DNA from: Streptosporangiaceae bacterium
GTDB lineage: Bacteria; Actinomycetota; Actinomycetes; Streptosporangiales; Streptosporangiaceae
Direction of reading: 5' to 3'
NCBI GenBank assembly: GCA_036005525.1
Contig: DASYQM010000003.1
Span: forward strand, 4,858 to 68,857
Length of the DNA: 64,000 bases
Shown: piece by piece, positions 18,421 through 27,017 of the stretch
Position numbering within the stretch: the stretch's first letter is position 1
How the letters are laid out: every line of letters starts with the position of its first letter
The notes under the pieces: generated by a model
The model's input: the letters and a program-made list of their open reading frames with translations, nothing else
Told to the model about the DNA's origin: nothing
Database searches by the model: none
Position numbers and translations under genes: made by a program

Positions 18421-19109
18421 GGCTTTCTCCCTTCCGGCACCCCGCGCCTGTCCGCCGTGGCCAGCCTCACCCGCTGTGTGACCTGTTCGTCGATCCGCGC
18501 TCCCACGGGCTCGGTCTTGGCCGGGCCATGCTCGCGGCACTGTGGCGCGACAGCACCACGCGCATGACGTTCAGCAGCCTGCATGCCCATGCGCTGCCGC
18601 TGTACACGCGATCCGGCCTGGACGCGTGGTGGCCGCTGCTCTACCTGGGCGGAGACGTGGCGGGGCTGGCCCGCCCGGCCGGCTGGACGGTCTCGCCCAC
18701 GGCAGCCGGAGCGGTCGCCGGCCTGGAGCAGCAGTGGACCGGGATCGACCGGGCGGCCGATCACGAGGCCTGGGCCGCCCGCCCCGGAGGGCAGCCGGTC
18801 CTCGCCGAGCGCGACGGCCAGCCGATGGCGGCCGGCGCCGTGGCCGGGGAGGGGCCGGAGTACGGCATCGTCCACCTGGCGCTGTCGCCGGGCTGCGGGG
18901 ATGCCGAGGCCCGGGACGCGGTCCTCGCCGTGCTGGCCCGCCTCGACCCGCCCGGTGGCCGGGCGCGGGTCTGCCTGCCCGCGCCGCACCCCGCGGTCAG
19001 GCCGCTGCTCGCCGCGGGCTGGCACAACGACTTCATGGACCTGTACATGGCGACGGAACCGGGCCTCCTCGACCCGCGCCGGGCGGTCCCCTCTCCCGCC
19101 TCCGCCTGA
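18411..19109 (+). pseudogene. GNAT-family acetyltransferase-like ORF lacking the N-terminal part of the fold (possible remnant)
   Basis: DLFVDPRSHGLGLGRAMLAAL is GNAT motif A (acetyl-CoA loop). Only about 20 non-GNAT-looking residues precede it before the ORF collides with the divergent peroxiredoxin start at 18420. The C-terminal 180 aa are open with a coding-like composition. Confidence 0.45.
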
Positions 19110-19158
19110 CCGCGCCACCCGTGCCCCAGCTACGAGTGGAGCTGCTGCTGTTCCGGCG

Positions 19159-20727
19159 CTACTGGCGGGCCAGGTTGGCGCCGCCGCGCAGCACGTACTT
19201 CTGGATCTTGCCGGTCGCGGTCTTGGGCAGCTCCAGCACGAAGGTCACCCCGTGCGGGGCCTTGAAATGCGCCAGCCGGTCACGGGCGAACCCGATGATC
19301 TCGTCCTCGCTCGCCTGCGCGCCATCGCGCAGCACCACGTACGCGTATGGCGCCTCGCCCCACTTCTCGTGTGGCAGCCCGACGATCGCCACCTCCACGA
19401 CCGCCGGGTGGCGCAGCAGCACGCCCTCGACCTCCACCGAGGAGATGTTCTCCCCGCCGCTGATGATCACATCCTTGATCCGGTCGCGGATCTCGACGTA
19501 GCCATCGGGGTGGACGACCGCCGCGTCGCCGGTGTGGAACCAGCCGTCGCCCATCACCCGCTCGGTCGCCTCCGGGTCGTGGTAGTAGCCGTCCATGACC
19601 ACGTTCCCGCGCATCACGATCTCGCCAAGCGCCTGGCCGTCCGCGGGCACCTCCTCGCCCTTCCCGTCCACGACCTGCAGCTCGCCGGATGTGATCAGTT
19701 CGACGCCGGTCCTGGCCTTCACCACCGCCCGGTCGGCGGGCGACAGCGCCTCGTGCTCGGGCAGCGGGGCGCAGATCGTGATGAACGGGGCCGTCTCGGT
19801 CAGCCCGTAGACCTGGGTGACCTCCCAGCCGAACTCCCCCTCCAGCCGCTCGATCGTGGCCGCCGCGGGTGGCGCGCCGGCGGTCACCACCCGCACCCCG
19901 GCGGGCACCTCCCCCCGCACCTGCTCAGGCGCGTTCGCCAGAGAGATCAGCACCGTGGGCGCGGCGCACAGCGAGCCCACCTTCTCGTCGCGGATCAGCC
20001 GGAACACCGCGGCGGGCTCCACCTTGCGAAGGCAGACGTGCACACCGGCCGCTGCGGTCACGGTCCAGGTGTAGGTCCAGCCATTCGCGTGGAACATCGG
20101 CAGCGTCCACAGGTAGCGCTCCCCCACCCGGATCGGCAGGTGCAGGAGGGTGCCGATCGTGTTCAGCGCCGCGTTCCTGTGGGTGATCATGACACCCTTG
20201 GGGCGGGCGGTCGTGCCGCTGGTGTAGTTGATCGTGAGCAGGTCACGCTCGCCGATCTCCGGCCGCGTGAAGTCCGGGTCTGCGGCGGCGATCGCCGTCT
20301 CGTAGTCGACCCAGCCGTCCCTGGCGCCCTCGAACGCCACGAAGTGGCGCACCTCCGGGAGCTGGTCGCGGACCCCGTCCAGCGCGTCCAGGTAGTCGGA
20401 ATGGGCGCAGACCACGGTTGCGCCGGAGTGATTCAGGATGTAGACGAAATCCTCGGCGGTGAGCCGGTAGTTGATCGGCACCAGCACCGCGCCGATCTGC
20501 GGCACGGCGTAGAAGGCCTCCAGCTGCGCGTGCGTGTTGGGCGCGATGGTCGCGACCCGGTCGCCCGGCGCCAGTCCCAGTCCCTGCAGCGCGGCCGACC
20601 AGCGGTCGCAGCGGCCGAAGAACTGCTCATAGGTGAGCCGGAGGTCACCATCGACCACTCCCTCCCGGTGACCGTGCAGCCGGCGGGTGCGGCGGGCGAA
20701 CTCCAGCGGGGTGAGCGGCACTTCCAT
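19159..20727 (-). CDS. AMP-dependent acyl-CoA synthetase/ligase
   Basis: INYTSGTTARPKGV (AMP-binding motif I), YGLTET, WFHTGD and PKTATGKIQK. Confidence 0.92.
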   Translation of the reverse strand: MEVPLTPLEFARRTRRLHGHREGVVDGDLRLTYEQFFGRCDRWSAALQGLGLAPGDRVATIAPNTHAQLEAFYAVPQIGAVLVPINYRLTAEDFVYILNHSGATVVCAHSDYLDALDGVRDQLPEVRHFVAFEGARDGWVDYETAIAAADPDFTRPEIGERDLLTINYTSGTTARPKGVMITHRNAALNTIGTLLHLPIRVGERYLWTLPMFHANGWTYTWTVTAAAGVHVCLRKVEPAAVFRLIRDEKVGSLCAAPTVLISLANAPEQVRGEVPAGVRVVTAGAPPAAATIERLEGEFGWEVTQVYGLTETAPFITICAPLPEHEALSPADRAVVKARTGVELITSGELQVVDGKGEEVPADGQALGEIVMRGNVVMDGYYHDPEATERVMGDGWFHTGDAAVVHPDGYVEIRDRIKDVIISGGENISSVEVEGVLLRHPAVVEVAIVGLPHEKWGEAPYAYVVLRDGAQASEDEIIGFARDRLAHFKAPHGVTFVLELPKTATGKIQKYVLRGGANLARQ

Positions 20728-20830
20728 GGCAGACCTCGGCTAGGTGCGTGGTGTAGCCGGCCCATGCGGCCGGCCTTTGACCGAACGTAATACTTCCCGG
20801 GGTTCGAGCACGAATGCGGCCCCGCGGCGG

Positions 20831-21616
20831 TCAGGATCCGCGGACGGCGGCGAGGATGCGGTTCTCGCCGTGCTGCCAGATGGTCCCGATTTCGGTGAAC
20901 CCGGCGGTCCCGAGGGCCCTCACATGCTCGGCAAGACGGACCGACTCCGAGCCGTGATGGTCTTCGCTCAGCCGGCGCCGCTCCCGCTCGGCGGCGGGGC
21001 CGGCCAGCACGGGGTCGGCGGTCGCCGCCTGCCACCAGCTTTCCCAGTCCTCCTGGCCGCCGTCCGCGCCGGCCCGCTCCTCCCAGCGCTCGGTCAGGGC
21101 CCGGGCCAGCCGGGCCAGGACCGGCGCCATAGCTTCGTCCTCGGTGAGGTGATCGCCGTCGAGCACCAGCCCGCCGGGGCGCAGAGCCGCCGCGAGCTCG
21201 GCGTACATGGCGCGCAGCGCGGGGGCAGGCAGCCAGTGCAGCGCGGTCGTGCTCACTGCGGCGTCCGCGGGCCGGTCCAGGCCGAGCCCGGCCGACCATC
21301 CCGGCACGCGCAGATCGAGGTCGGCGAAGCTGAGCCCGGCCCGGTCACCGTAGGCCGCGCGGCCCAGGGCCAGCAGCAGCGGGTCAGCGTCGATGCCCAC
21401 GACCGTCGCAGCCGGGATCCGGTCGAGCAGCCGGACGGCGAGCGACCCGGGGCCGCAGCCGAGGTCGAGCACCAGCGGATCGGGCCGCCCGGCTCCCACC
21501 TCGACCGCGTCGATCATCGCGGCGAACCGCTCCTCCCGGTCCGGCATATAGCTCTGCTGCTGGGCATCCCAGCGGTCGATCCACTGCTCTGCGACGGCTT
21601 GGTCCAGGCTGGCCAC
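20831..21616 (-). CDS. class I SAM-dependent methyltransferase
   Basis: LVLDLGCGPGSLAVRLL (motif I) and ...VVGIDADP... Confidence 0.85.
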   Translation of the reverse strand: MASLDQAVAEQWIDRWDAQQQSYMPDREERFAAMIDAVEVGAGRPDPLVLDLGCGPGSLAVRLLDRIPAATVVGIDADPLLLALGRAAYGDRAGLSFADLDLRVPGWSAGLGLDRPADAAVSTTALHWLPAPALRAMYAELAAALRPGGLVLDGDHLTEDEAMAPVLARLARALTERWEERAGADGGQEDWESWWQAATADPVLAGPAAERERRRLSEDHHGSESVRLAEHVRALGTAGFTEIGTIWQHGENRILAAVRGS

Positions 21617-21792
21617 GCCACCATCCTCGCATCACCGGCGGCGTGCCCGGGCGCCCGTCAGGGCCAGCGGCGCGACACCGGCGCAGGACTGAGGACTGCC
21701 GGGCGCATGGGCCGCTGAGGCGCACGGGTCGCTGAGGCGCACGGGCCGCCGGAGTGGTGGGCTGCCTGACCGGCCGGACGCCCGGCTGGCAC

Positions 21793-22437
21793 TCATGTGT
21801 TCAGATAGGCGAGGACGGCCAGCACGCGGCGGTTGTCGTCGTCGGAGGGAACCAGGTCGAGCTTGGCGAAGATGCTCGTGCTGTGCTTGCTGACCGCCTT
21901 CTCGGTCACGAACAAGCGCTGAGCGATCGCGCTGTTGGAACGCCCCTCGGCCATCAGCGCCAGGACTTCGCGCTCGCGGGGCGAGAGCCGGGTGACCGGC
22001 TCGTCCCTGGCGCGCCGCACCAGCAGCTTGGACACCACATCCGGGTCCATGACCGTGCCGCCCCCCGCGACGGCCCGGAGGGCCTCGACGAACTGGTCGT
22101 CGTTGAACACGCGGTCCTTGAGCAGGTACCCGACCCCGCCCGCCTGGTCGGCGAGCAGCTCCCGGGCGTAGAGCTGCTCGACGTACTGCGACAGCACCAG
22201 TACCGGCAGCCCGGGCACCTGGCGCCGGGCCGCCAGCGCCGCCTGGAGGCCCTCGTCGGTGAACGACGGCGGGAGCCGCACGTCCACGATCGCGACGTCG
22301 GGCCGGTGCGTGAGCAGGGCCCGGAGCAGGGCCGGGCCGGTGCTGACAGCCTCAGTGATCTCGAACCCGTGCGCATCCAGCAGCCTGACCAGGCCGTCCC
22401 TCAGCAGGAAGAGGTCTTCAGCGACGACGACGCGCAC
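21793..22437 (-). CDS. NarL/LuxR-family response regulator
   Basis: Receiver domain (RVVVAEDLFLLRDGL...PDVAIVDVRLPP) plus a LuxR HTH (LSPREREVLALMAEGRSNSAIAQRLFVTEKAVSKH). The GTG start overlaps the kinase stop by 37 nt. Confidence 0.93.
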   Translation of the reverse strand: MRVVVAEDLFLLRDGLVRLLDAHGFEITEAVSTGPALLRALLTHRPDVAIVDVRLPPSFTDEGLQAALAARRQVPGLPVLVLSQYVEQLYARELLADQAGGVGYLLKDRVFNDDQFVEALRAVAGGGTVMDPDVVSKLLVRRARDEPVTRLSPREREVLALMAEGRSNSAIAQRLFVTEKAVSKHSTSIFAKLDLVPSDDDNRRVLAVLAYLNT

Positions 22438-23780
22438 GGTACCTCGATGACGATGATGGTCGGGCCCCCGGGTGGGCTGTTCACCGCAAGGATGCCATCG
22501 AATGTGCCCAGCCGCCGCTCCACGCCCCGCAGGCCGCTGCCCTTGGCGGGATCCGCGCCGCCGACACCGTCGTCGGTCATGGCGATGCGCAGGACATCCC
22601 CGGTGTGCCGCATGTGGATCTCCACCATTTGCGCCTGGGCGTGCTTGGCCGCGTTGGCCAGCACCTCGGCAACCGCGAAGTAGGCGGCGGACTCCACGGG
22701 CGCCGCGAGGCGGCCCGGCAGGTCGATGTCCAGCCTGGTGGCGACCGGCGTTTCCAGAGCCAGCGCCCGCACGGCATCGCCGAGCCCCCGGTCGGCCAGC
22801 ACCGGCGGGTGAATGCCGCGAACCAGGTCACGCAGTTCCGTCAGCGCCCGCGAGGACATCACCCGTGCCTCACCAACCAGGGCGAGCGCAGCTTTCGGGC
22901 TGGTCTCGATCAGGCGCTCCGCCGCCCGCAGGCTCATGCCGAGCGCGACCAGCCGGGCCTGCGCCCCGTCATGCAGGTCACGCTCCACCCGGCGCAGCTC
23001 GGCGGCCGCAGTGTCGACGGCGTCGGTCCGGGTCTCGGACAGCCGTTGCACCCGGCTGGTCAGCCGGCCGACCAGCGCGCCACGCGCCCCGAGGGTGCGC
23101 GGGACGAGCCACAGGCCGAAGGCGAGGAACAGGAACGCCGCCAGCAGGACCGGCACATAACCCTGCGGACCGGCGCCGGTCAGGGCGGCGTACCACGGGC
23201 TGGGCCGGATGCCGGACGAGGACCAGGGGACGGCCATCTTGTGCAGGCTGGTGATCTTTTCCACGTAGGCCTGGTGCAGGCTGGCGCTCTTGGGCGTGCC
23301 CGGCACGATGACGCCCGGGTCCGGCACGGCGGTGACGTCGCCCTGCCCACCGGAGATCACAATCGCCTTGGGGTGAGCGGCGGCCGTCTTGGCGATGGCC
23401 GCCTTGGCGCCGGCCGGTGCCTGGGCGGTCACGCTGAACGGCACCGCCTTGGCGACCTGCGTGACCTCCTGCCCATGCTTGAACACCGTGAACGCGGCGC
23501 CCAGCCCGTAGAGCCCGAGCAGGATCAGCAGCACCGCGGCCAGGTCGGCGGCGATGCTTGGCGCCAGGATGAGCACGGCCCCGGACAGCAGCAGCAGGCC
23601 GACCGTGGCCGGGTTGACGCCGAACAGCCACATGGCGATCCAAGCGATGGGCAGCAGCAGCAGCCCCCATCCCATCGCCTTGACGCGGCGCCGCCACGAC
23701 CGCGAGCCGCCAGCCCGGTCGCGCGACCTGAGCCAGGCGATCACCAAGCAGACGAAGCTGAAGATCGTCACCGCGACCAT
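22401..23780 (-). CDS. sensor histidine kinase (HisKA_3 / NarX-DesK type)
   Basis: N-terminal TM helices, the H-box RVERDLHDGAQARLVAL and an HATPase region (AVAEVLANAAKHA...DDGVGGAD...GSGLRGVERRL). ATG 23780 is preceded by ggagg. Confidence 0.92.
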   Translation of the reverse strand: MVAVTIFSFVCLVIAWLRSRDRAGGSRSWRRRVKAMGWGLLLLPIAWIAMWLFGVNPATVGLLLLSGAVLILAPSIAADLAAVLLILLGLYGLGAAFTVFKHGQEVTQVAKAVPFSVTAQAPAGAKAAIAKTAAAHPKAIVISGGQGDVTAVPDPGVIVPGTPKSASLHQAYVEKITSLHKMAVPWSSSGIRPSPWYAALTGAGPQGYVPVLLAAFLFLAFGLWLVPRTLGARGALVGRLTSRVQRLSETRTDAVDTAAAELRRVERDLHDGAQARLVALGMSLRAAERLIETSPKAALALVGEARVMSSRALTELRDLVRGIHPPVLADRGLGDAVRALALETPVATRLDIDLPGRLAAPVESAAYFAVAEVLANAAKHAQAQMVEIHMRHTGDVLRIAMTDDGVGGADPAKGSGLRGVERRLGTFDGILAVNSPPGGPTIIVIEVPCASSSLKTSSC

Positions 23781-23865
23781 AACGGGCCTCCGGTCCTGGT
23801 CAGCCGCGCCTCATGGCGGTGCTGATTCCATCGTTTCTGGCCCCACTCCCGGGGTTGGGCCTGCC

Positions 23866-24117
23866 CTATCCGTGGTGGCGGGAGGCGGTGCGACTGCCCG
23901 GCTGCAGGACGAGGACGCCCCCGCAGAGCAGCAGCAGGCCAATCGTGACCAGGTTGAGGCCGAACAGCCACATCGCGATCCACGCGACGGCCAGCAGCGC
24001 CAGCCCCCATCCCATCGCCCGGATGAGACGCCACCACGAACCGCCGCCCCGGCCGCGTGACCTGAGCCAGCCAATCACCGCGCAGACGACGACGAAGATC
24101 GTCACCATGAGTCCCAT
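23866..24117 (-). CDS. small two-TM membrane protein, paralog of the histidine-kinase N-terminus
   Basis: MGLMVTIFVVVCAVIGWLRSRGRGGGSWWRLIRAMGWGLALLAVAWIAMWLFGLNLVTIGLLLLCGGVLVL aligns with the kinase residues 1-75 (MVAVTIFSFVCLVIAWLRSRDRAGGSRSWRRRVKAMGWGLLLLPIAWIAMWLFGVNPATVGLLLLSGAVLIL). ATG 24117 has its own ggagg RBS. Confidence 0.6.
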   Translation of the reverse strand: MGLMVTIFVVVCAVIGWLRSRGRGGGSWWRLIRAMGWGLALLAVAWIAMWLFGLNLVTIGLLLLCGGVLVLQPGSRTASRHHG

Positions 24118-24318
24118 CCCGGCCTCCGGCCTTGCCAGCCGCGCACCCGTGGCGACTGCCGGTTCCATAGTGGCCCGGGCGGCCCGGCGGGCGCCATGGT
24201 CCGGCACCCACCTCCCGGGTAGGCCTAGCCCCACCTTGGGACAGCCGCGACGGCAGCGTGATCACGCCGCCGTTCCGTTTGGCAAACAGGCCCCGGTAGT
24301 AGGACGCCAGATCAGCGA

Positions 24319-24409
24319 GCGGGTCATCCGCGCCCGGATGGCAAGGCGCGAGAACGCCGCCAGCCGGAATGCGGGGACACGCGAGCCCGGCGGTCCTGCT
24401 GCCGGGACC
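24319..24409. repeat. 91-nt structured dispersed repeat, copy 1
   Basis: gcgggtcatccgcgcccggatggcaaggcgcgagaacgccgccagccggaatgcggggacacgcgagcccggcggtcctgctgccgggacc recurs at 33507-33597 in the same orientation, with about 6 mismatches by eye. It contains the hairpin GTCATCCG-cgcc-CGGATGGC. Confidence 0.9.
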
Positions 24410-24415
24410 TCTGGA

Positions 24416-25459
24416 TCAGCCGAAGAAGAACTCGACCTCGTCGTAACGCTCCGGCGGGACCAGCTTGACCTCGCGGGTCGCCTCGGCGATCGGGACCCGT
24501 GCGATCTGCGTCCCCCGCAGGGCGACCATCACGCCGAACTCCCCGTCGTGCACCGCGTCGATGGCGTGGATGCCGAAGCGGGACGCCAGCACCCGGTCGA
24601 ACGCGGTGGGGGTACCGCCCCGCTGGATGTGACCGAGCACCGTGCAGCGGGCCTCCTTACCGGTCCGCTTCTCGATCTCGGCGGCCAGTTGCTGCCCGAT
24701 CCCGCCCAGGCGAACGTGCCCGAACGAGTCCAGCCGCTCGTCCGACAGCGCCAGGTCGTTGTCGGCCGGCCGGGCTCCCTCGGCCACCACCACGATCGGC
24801 GCGTACCTGGTCTGGAACCGGTGCTGCACGTACTCGCAGACCTTGTCCATGCTGAACGGCCTCTCGGGAATGAGGATCACGTTCGCCCCGCCGGCCAGCC
24901 CCGCGTGCAGCGCGATCCAGCCCGCGTGCCTGCCCATCACCTCGACGATGAGCGCCCGGTGGTGGCTCTCGGCGGTAGTGTGCAGCCGGTCGATGGCCTC
25001 CATCGCGATGTTCACGGCGGTGTCGAACCCGAACGTGTAGTCGGTGGCGCCCAGGTCGTTGTCGATCGTCTTCGGCACCCCGACGACCGCGACGCCCTGC
25101 TCGTGCAGGGCCGCCGCCACCCCCAGTGTGTCCTCCCCGCCGATCGTGATCAGCGCATCCACGCCGAGGACGGCCAGGTTCTCCTTGATCCGTTGCGCGC
25201 CGGACCGCCCGCCGCTGGACGCGCTCTCCGCGAGCGGATTGGTGCGCGATGTGCCGAGGATCGTCCCTCCGCGCGGCAGGATGCCGCGTACCGCCTGCAC
25301 GTCGAGCGGGATCGTGTCGCCTTCCAGCGGCCCACGCCACCCGTCCCGGAACCCGGTGAACTCGTATCCGTACTCCTGCGTTCCCCGCCGGACCAGCGCG
25401 CGGATGACAGCGTTCAGCCCGGGGCAGTCGCCACCTCCGGTCAGCACTCCCACTCGCAT
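24416..25459 (-). CDS. pfkA: 6-phosphofructokinase
   Basis: MRVGVLTGGGDCPGLNAVIRALV...ITIGGEDTLGVA...VGVPKTIDNDL...MGRHAGWIAL...GHIQRGG. Confidence 0.93.
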   Translation of the reverse strand: MRVGVLTGGGDCPGLNAVIRALVRRGTQEYGYEFTGFRDGWRGPLEGDTIPLDVQAVRGILPRGGTILGTSRTNPLAESASSGGRSGAQRIKENLAVLGVDALITIGGEDTLGVAAALHEQGVAVVGVPKTIDNDLGATDYTFGFDTAVNIAMEAIDRLHTTAESHHRALIVEVMGRHAGWIALHAGLAGGANVILIPERPFSMDKVCEYVQHRFQTRYAPIVVVAEGARPADNDLALSDERLDSFGHVRLGGIGQQLAAEIEKRTGKEARCTVLGHIQRGGTPTAFDRVLASRFGIHAIDAVHDGEFGVMVALRGTQIARVPIAEATREVKLVPPERYDEVEFFFG

Positions 25460-25477
25460 GGGGCAACACTAGTCCCC

Positions 25478-27016
25478 ATGAGTGTCCTCGCCATCGACGC
25501 CGGGACAACCGGAGTCACCGCGCTGGTGATCTCACCGGACGGCGCCGTCGCGGCCCGCGGCTACGCCGAGTTCGCGCAGCACTACCCGCGGCCCGGCTGG
25601 GTCGAGCACGTCCCGGAGGAGATCTGGCAGGCCACCCTCGCGGCGTGCCGCCAGGCCCTGGACACGGCCGGGGGCGGCCATCCCGGCCGCGCGGCGCCCG
25701 GCGCGCCCCCCGTCACCTGCGTCGGCATCACCAACCAGCGGGAGACGGCGGTGATCTGGGACCGGACGGACCTGGCCGCGCCGCGCCCGGCCATCGTCTG
25801 GCAGGACCGGCGGACCGCCAGGATCTGCGACGCGCTGCGCGCCGCCGGGCACGAGGCCCGGGTCACCGAGCTGACCGGGCTGCGCCTGGACCCGTACTTC
25901 ACCGCCACCAAGATCACCTGGCTGGCCGATCAGGAACCGGCCGTCTGGGCGGGCCTGGCGGACGGCTCACTGGCCGCCGGCACGGTGGACTCCTATCTCA
26001 TCGCCCGGCTCACCGGCGGGCGCCGCCACGTGACGGATGCGTCCAACGCATCCCGCACGCTGCTGTTCGACATCGGGGCCGGGCGGTGGTCGTCGGAGCT
26101 GTGCGACCTGCTGCGGGTGCCGCAGCGGGCGCTGCCCGAGGTGGTCCACTCCACCGGCGTCATCGGCCGCACCGACCCGGCCGCGTTCGGCGGCCTGGAC
26201 CTGCCCATCGCCGGGATCGCCGGTGACCAGCAGGCGGCGCTGTTCGGGCAGGCGTGCTTCGCCCCCGGCGACGCCAAGTGCACCTACGGGACAGGTTCGT
26301 TCGTCCTGGCCAACAGCGGCCCCTCGATCGCCCGCCCGGCGGCCAGCCTGGTGTCCACGGTGGCGTGGATGGATGGCTCGGGCGCACTGACCTATGCGCT
26401 GGAAGGGTCGGTCTTCGTGACCGGGGCCGCGGTGCAGTGGCTGCGCGACGGGCTCGGCCTGATCGGCGACGCGGCGCAGAGCGAGGACCTGGCGGCCAGC
26501 GTGCCGGACTCCGGCGGGGTGGTGTTCGTGCCGGCCCTGACCGGGCTCGGCGCGCCGCACTGGGATCCCGACGCGCGGGGTGCGGTGTTCGGCATCACCC
26601 GCGGGACCACCCGGGCGCATCTCGTACGGGCCACGCTGGAGGCGATCACGTTCGAGGTGAGGGACGTCTATGACGCGATGACCGGCCGGCGTGACGGCGC
26701 CGTGCCGGTATTGCGTGCGGATGGGGGCGGGTCGGCGAACAACCTGCTCATGCAGATGCAGGCCGATCAGCTCCAGGTGCCGGTGGAGCGGTCCGGGGTC
26801 ACGGAGACGACCGCGCTGGGCGCGGCGTTCCTGGCGGGGCTGGGCACGGGTGTGTGGTCGTCGCTGGACGAGATCGCCGCCACCTGGCGGCTGGACCGCC
26901 GGTTCGAGCCGGAGGCACGCGACGACGCCGGCCACGCCCGGTGGCTCCGGGCGGTCGAGCGGTCCAAGGGCTGGGCCCGCGAGCCGGCCGGCGGGCTCGC
27001 GGGCACGGGCGGGTAG
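25478..27016 (+). CDS. glpK: glycerol kinase
   Basis: MSVLAIDAGTTGVTALV...GWVEHVPEEIW...GITNQRETAVIWD...IVWQDRRTA...DPYFTATKITWL...GDQQAALFGQ...KCTYGTGSF...ADGGGSANNLLMQMQADQL. ATG 25478 lies inside the long track ORF 23813..27016. Confidence 0.93.
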   Translation: MSVLAIDAGTTGVTALVISPDGAVAARGYAEFAQHYPRPGWVEHVPEEIWQATLAACRQALDTAGGGHPGRAAPGAPPVTCVGITNQRETAVIWDRTDLAAPRPAIVWQDRRTARICDALRAAGHEARVTELTGLRLDPYFTATKITWLADQEPAVWAGLADGSLAAGTVDSYLIARLTGGRRHVTDASNASRTLLFDIGAGRWSSELCDLLRVPQRALPEVVHSTGVIGRTDPAAFGGLDLPIAGIAGDQQAALFGQACFAPGDAKCTYGTGSFVLANSGPSIARPAASLVSTVAWMDGSGALTYALEGSVFVTGAAVQWLRDGLGLIGDAAQSEDLAASVPDSGGVVFVPALTGLGAPHWDPDARGAVFGITRGTTRAHLVRATLEAITFEVRDVYDAMTGRRDGAVPVLRADGGGSANNLLMQMQADQLQVPVERSGVTETTALGAAFLAGLGTGVWSSLDEIAATWRLDRRFEPEARDDAGHARWLRAVERSKGWAREPAGGLAGTGG

Positions 27017-27017
27017 C

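Noticed and set aside
18583-20790. 735-aa plus-strand ORF
   Set aside because: It is antisense to the acyl-CoA synthetase gene, which carries all the AMP-binding motifs.
20790-20830. tRNA-like GGTTCGAGC string
   Set aside because: The flanks cannot form a T-arm, an acceptor stem or an anticodon arm. I found no tRNA-like cloverleaf anywhere in the window by eye; a tRNAscan-SE run would settle this.
23813-25477. N-terminal 555 aa of track ORF 23813..27016 (+)
   Set aside because: It runs antisense to the mini-TM gene and pfkA. Glycerol kinase homology begins only at ATG 25478.
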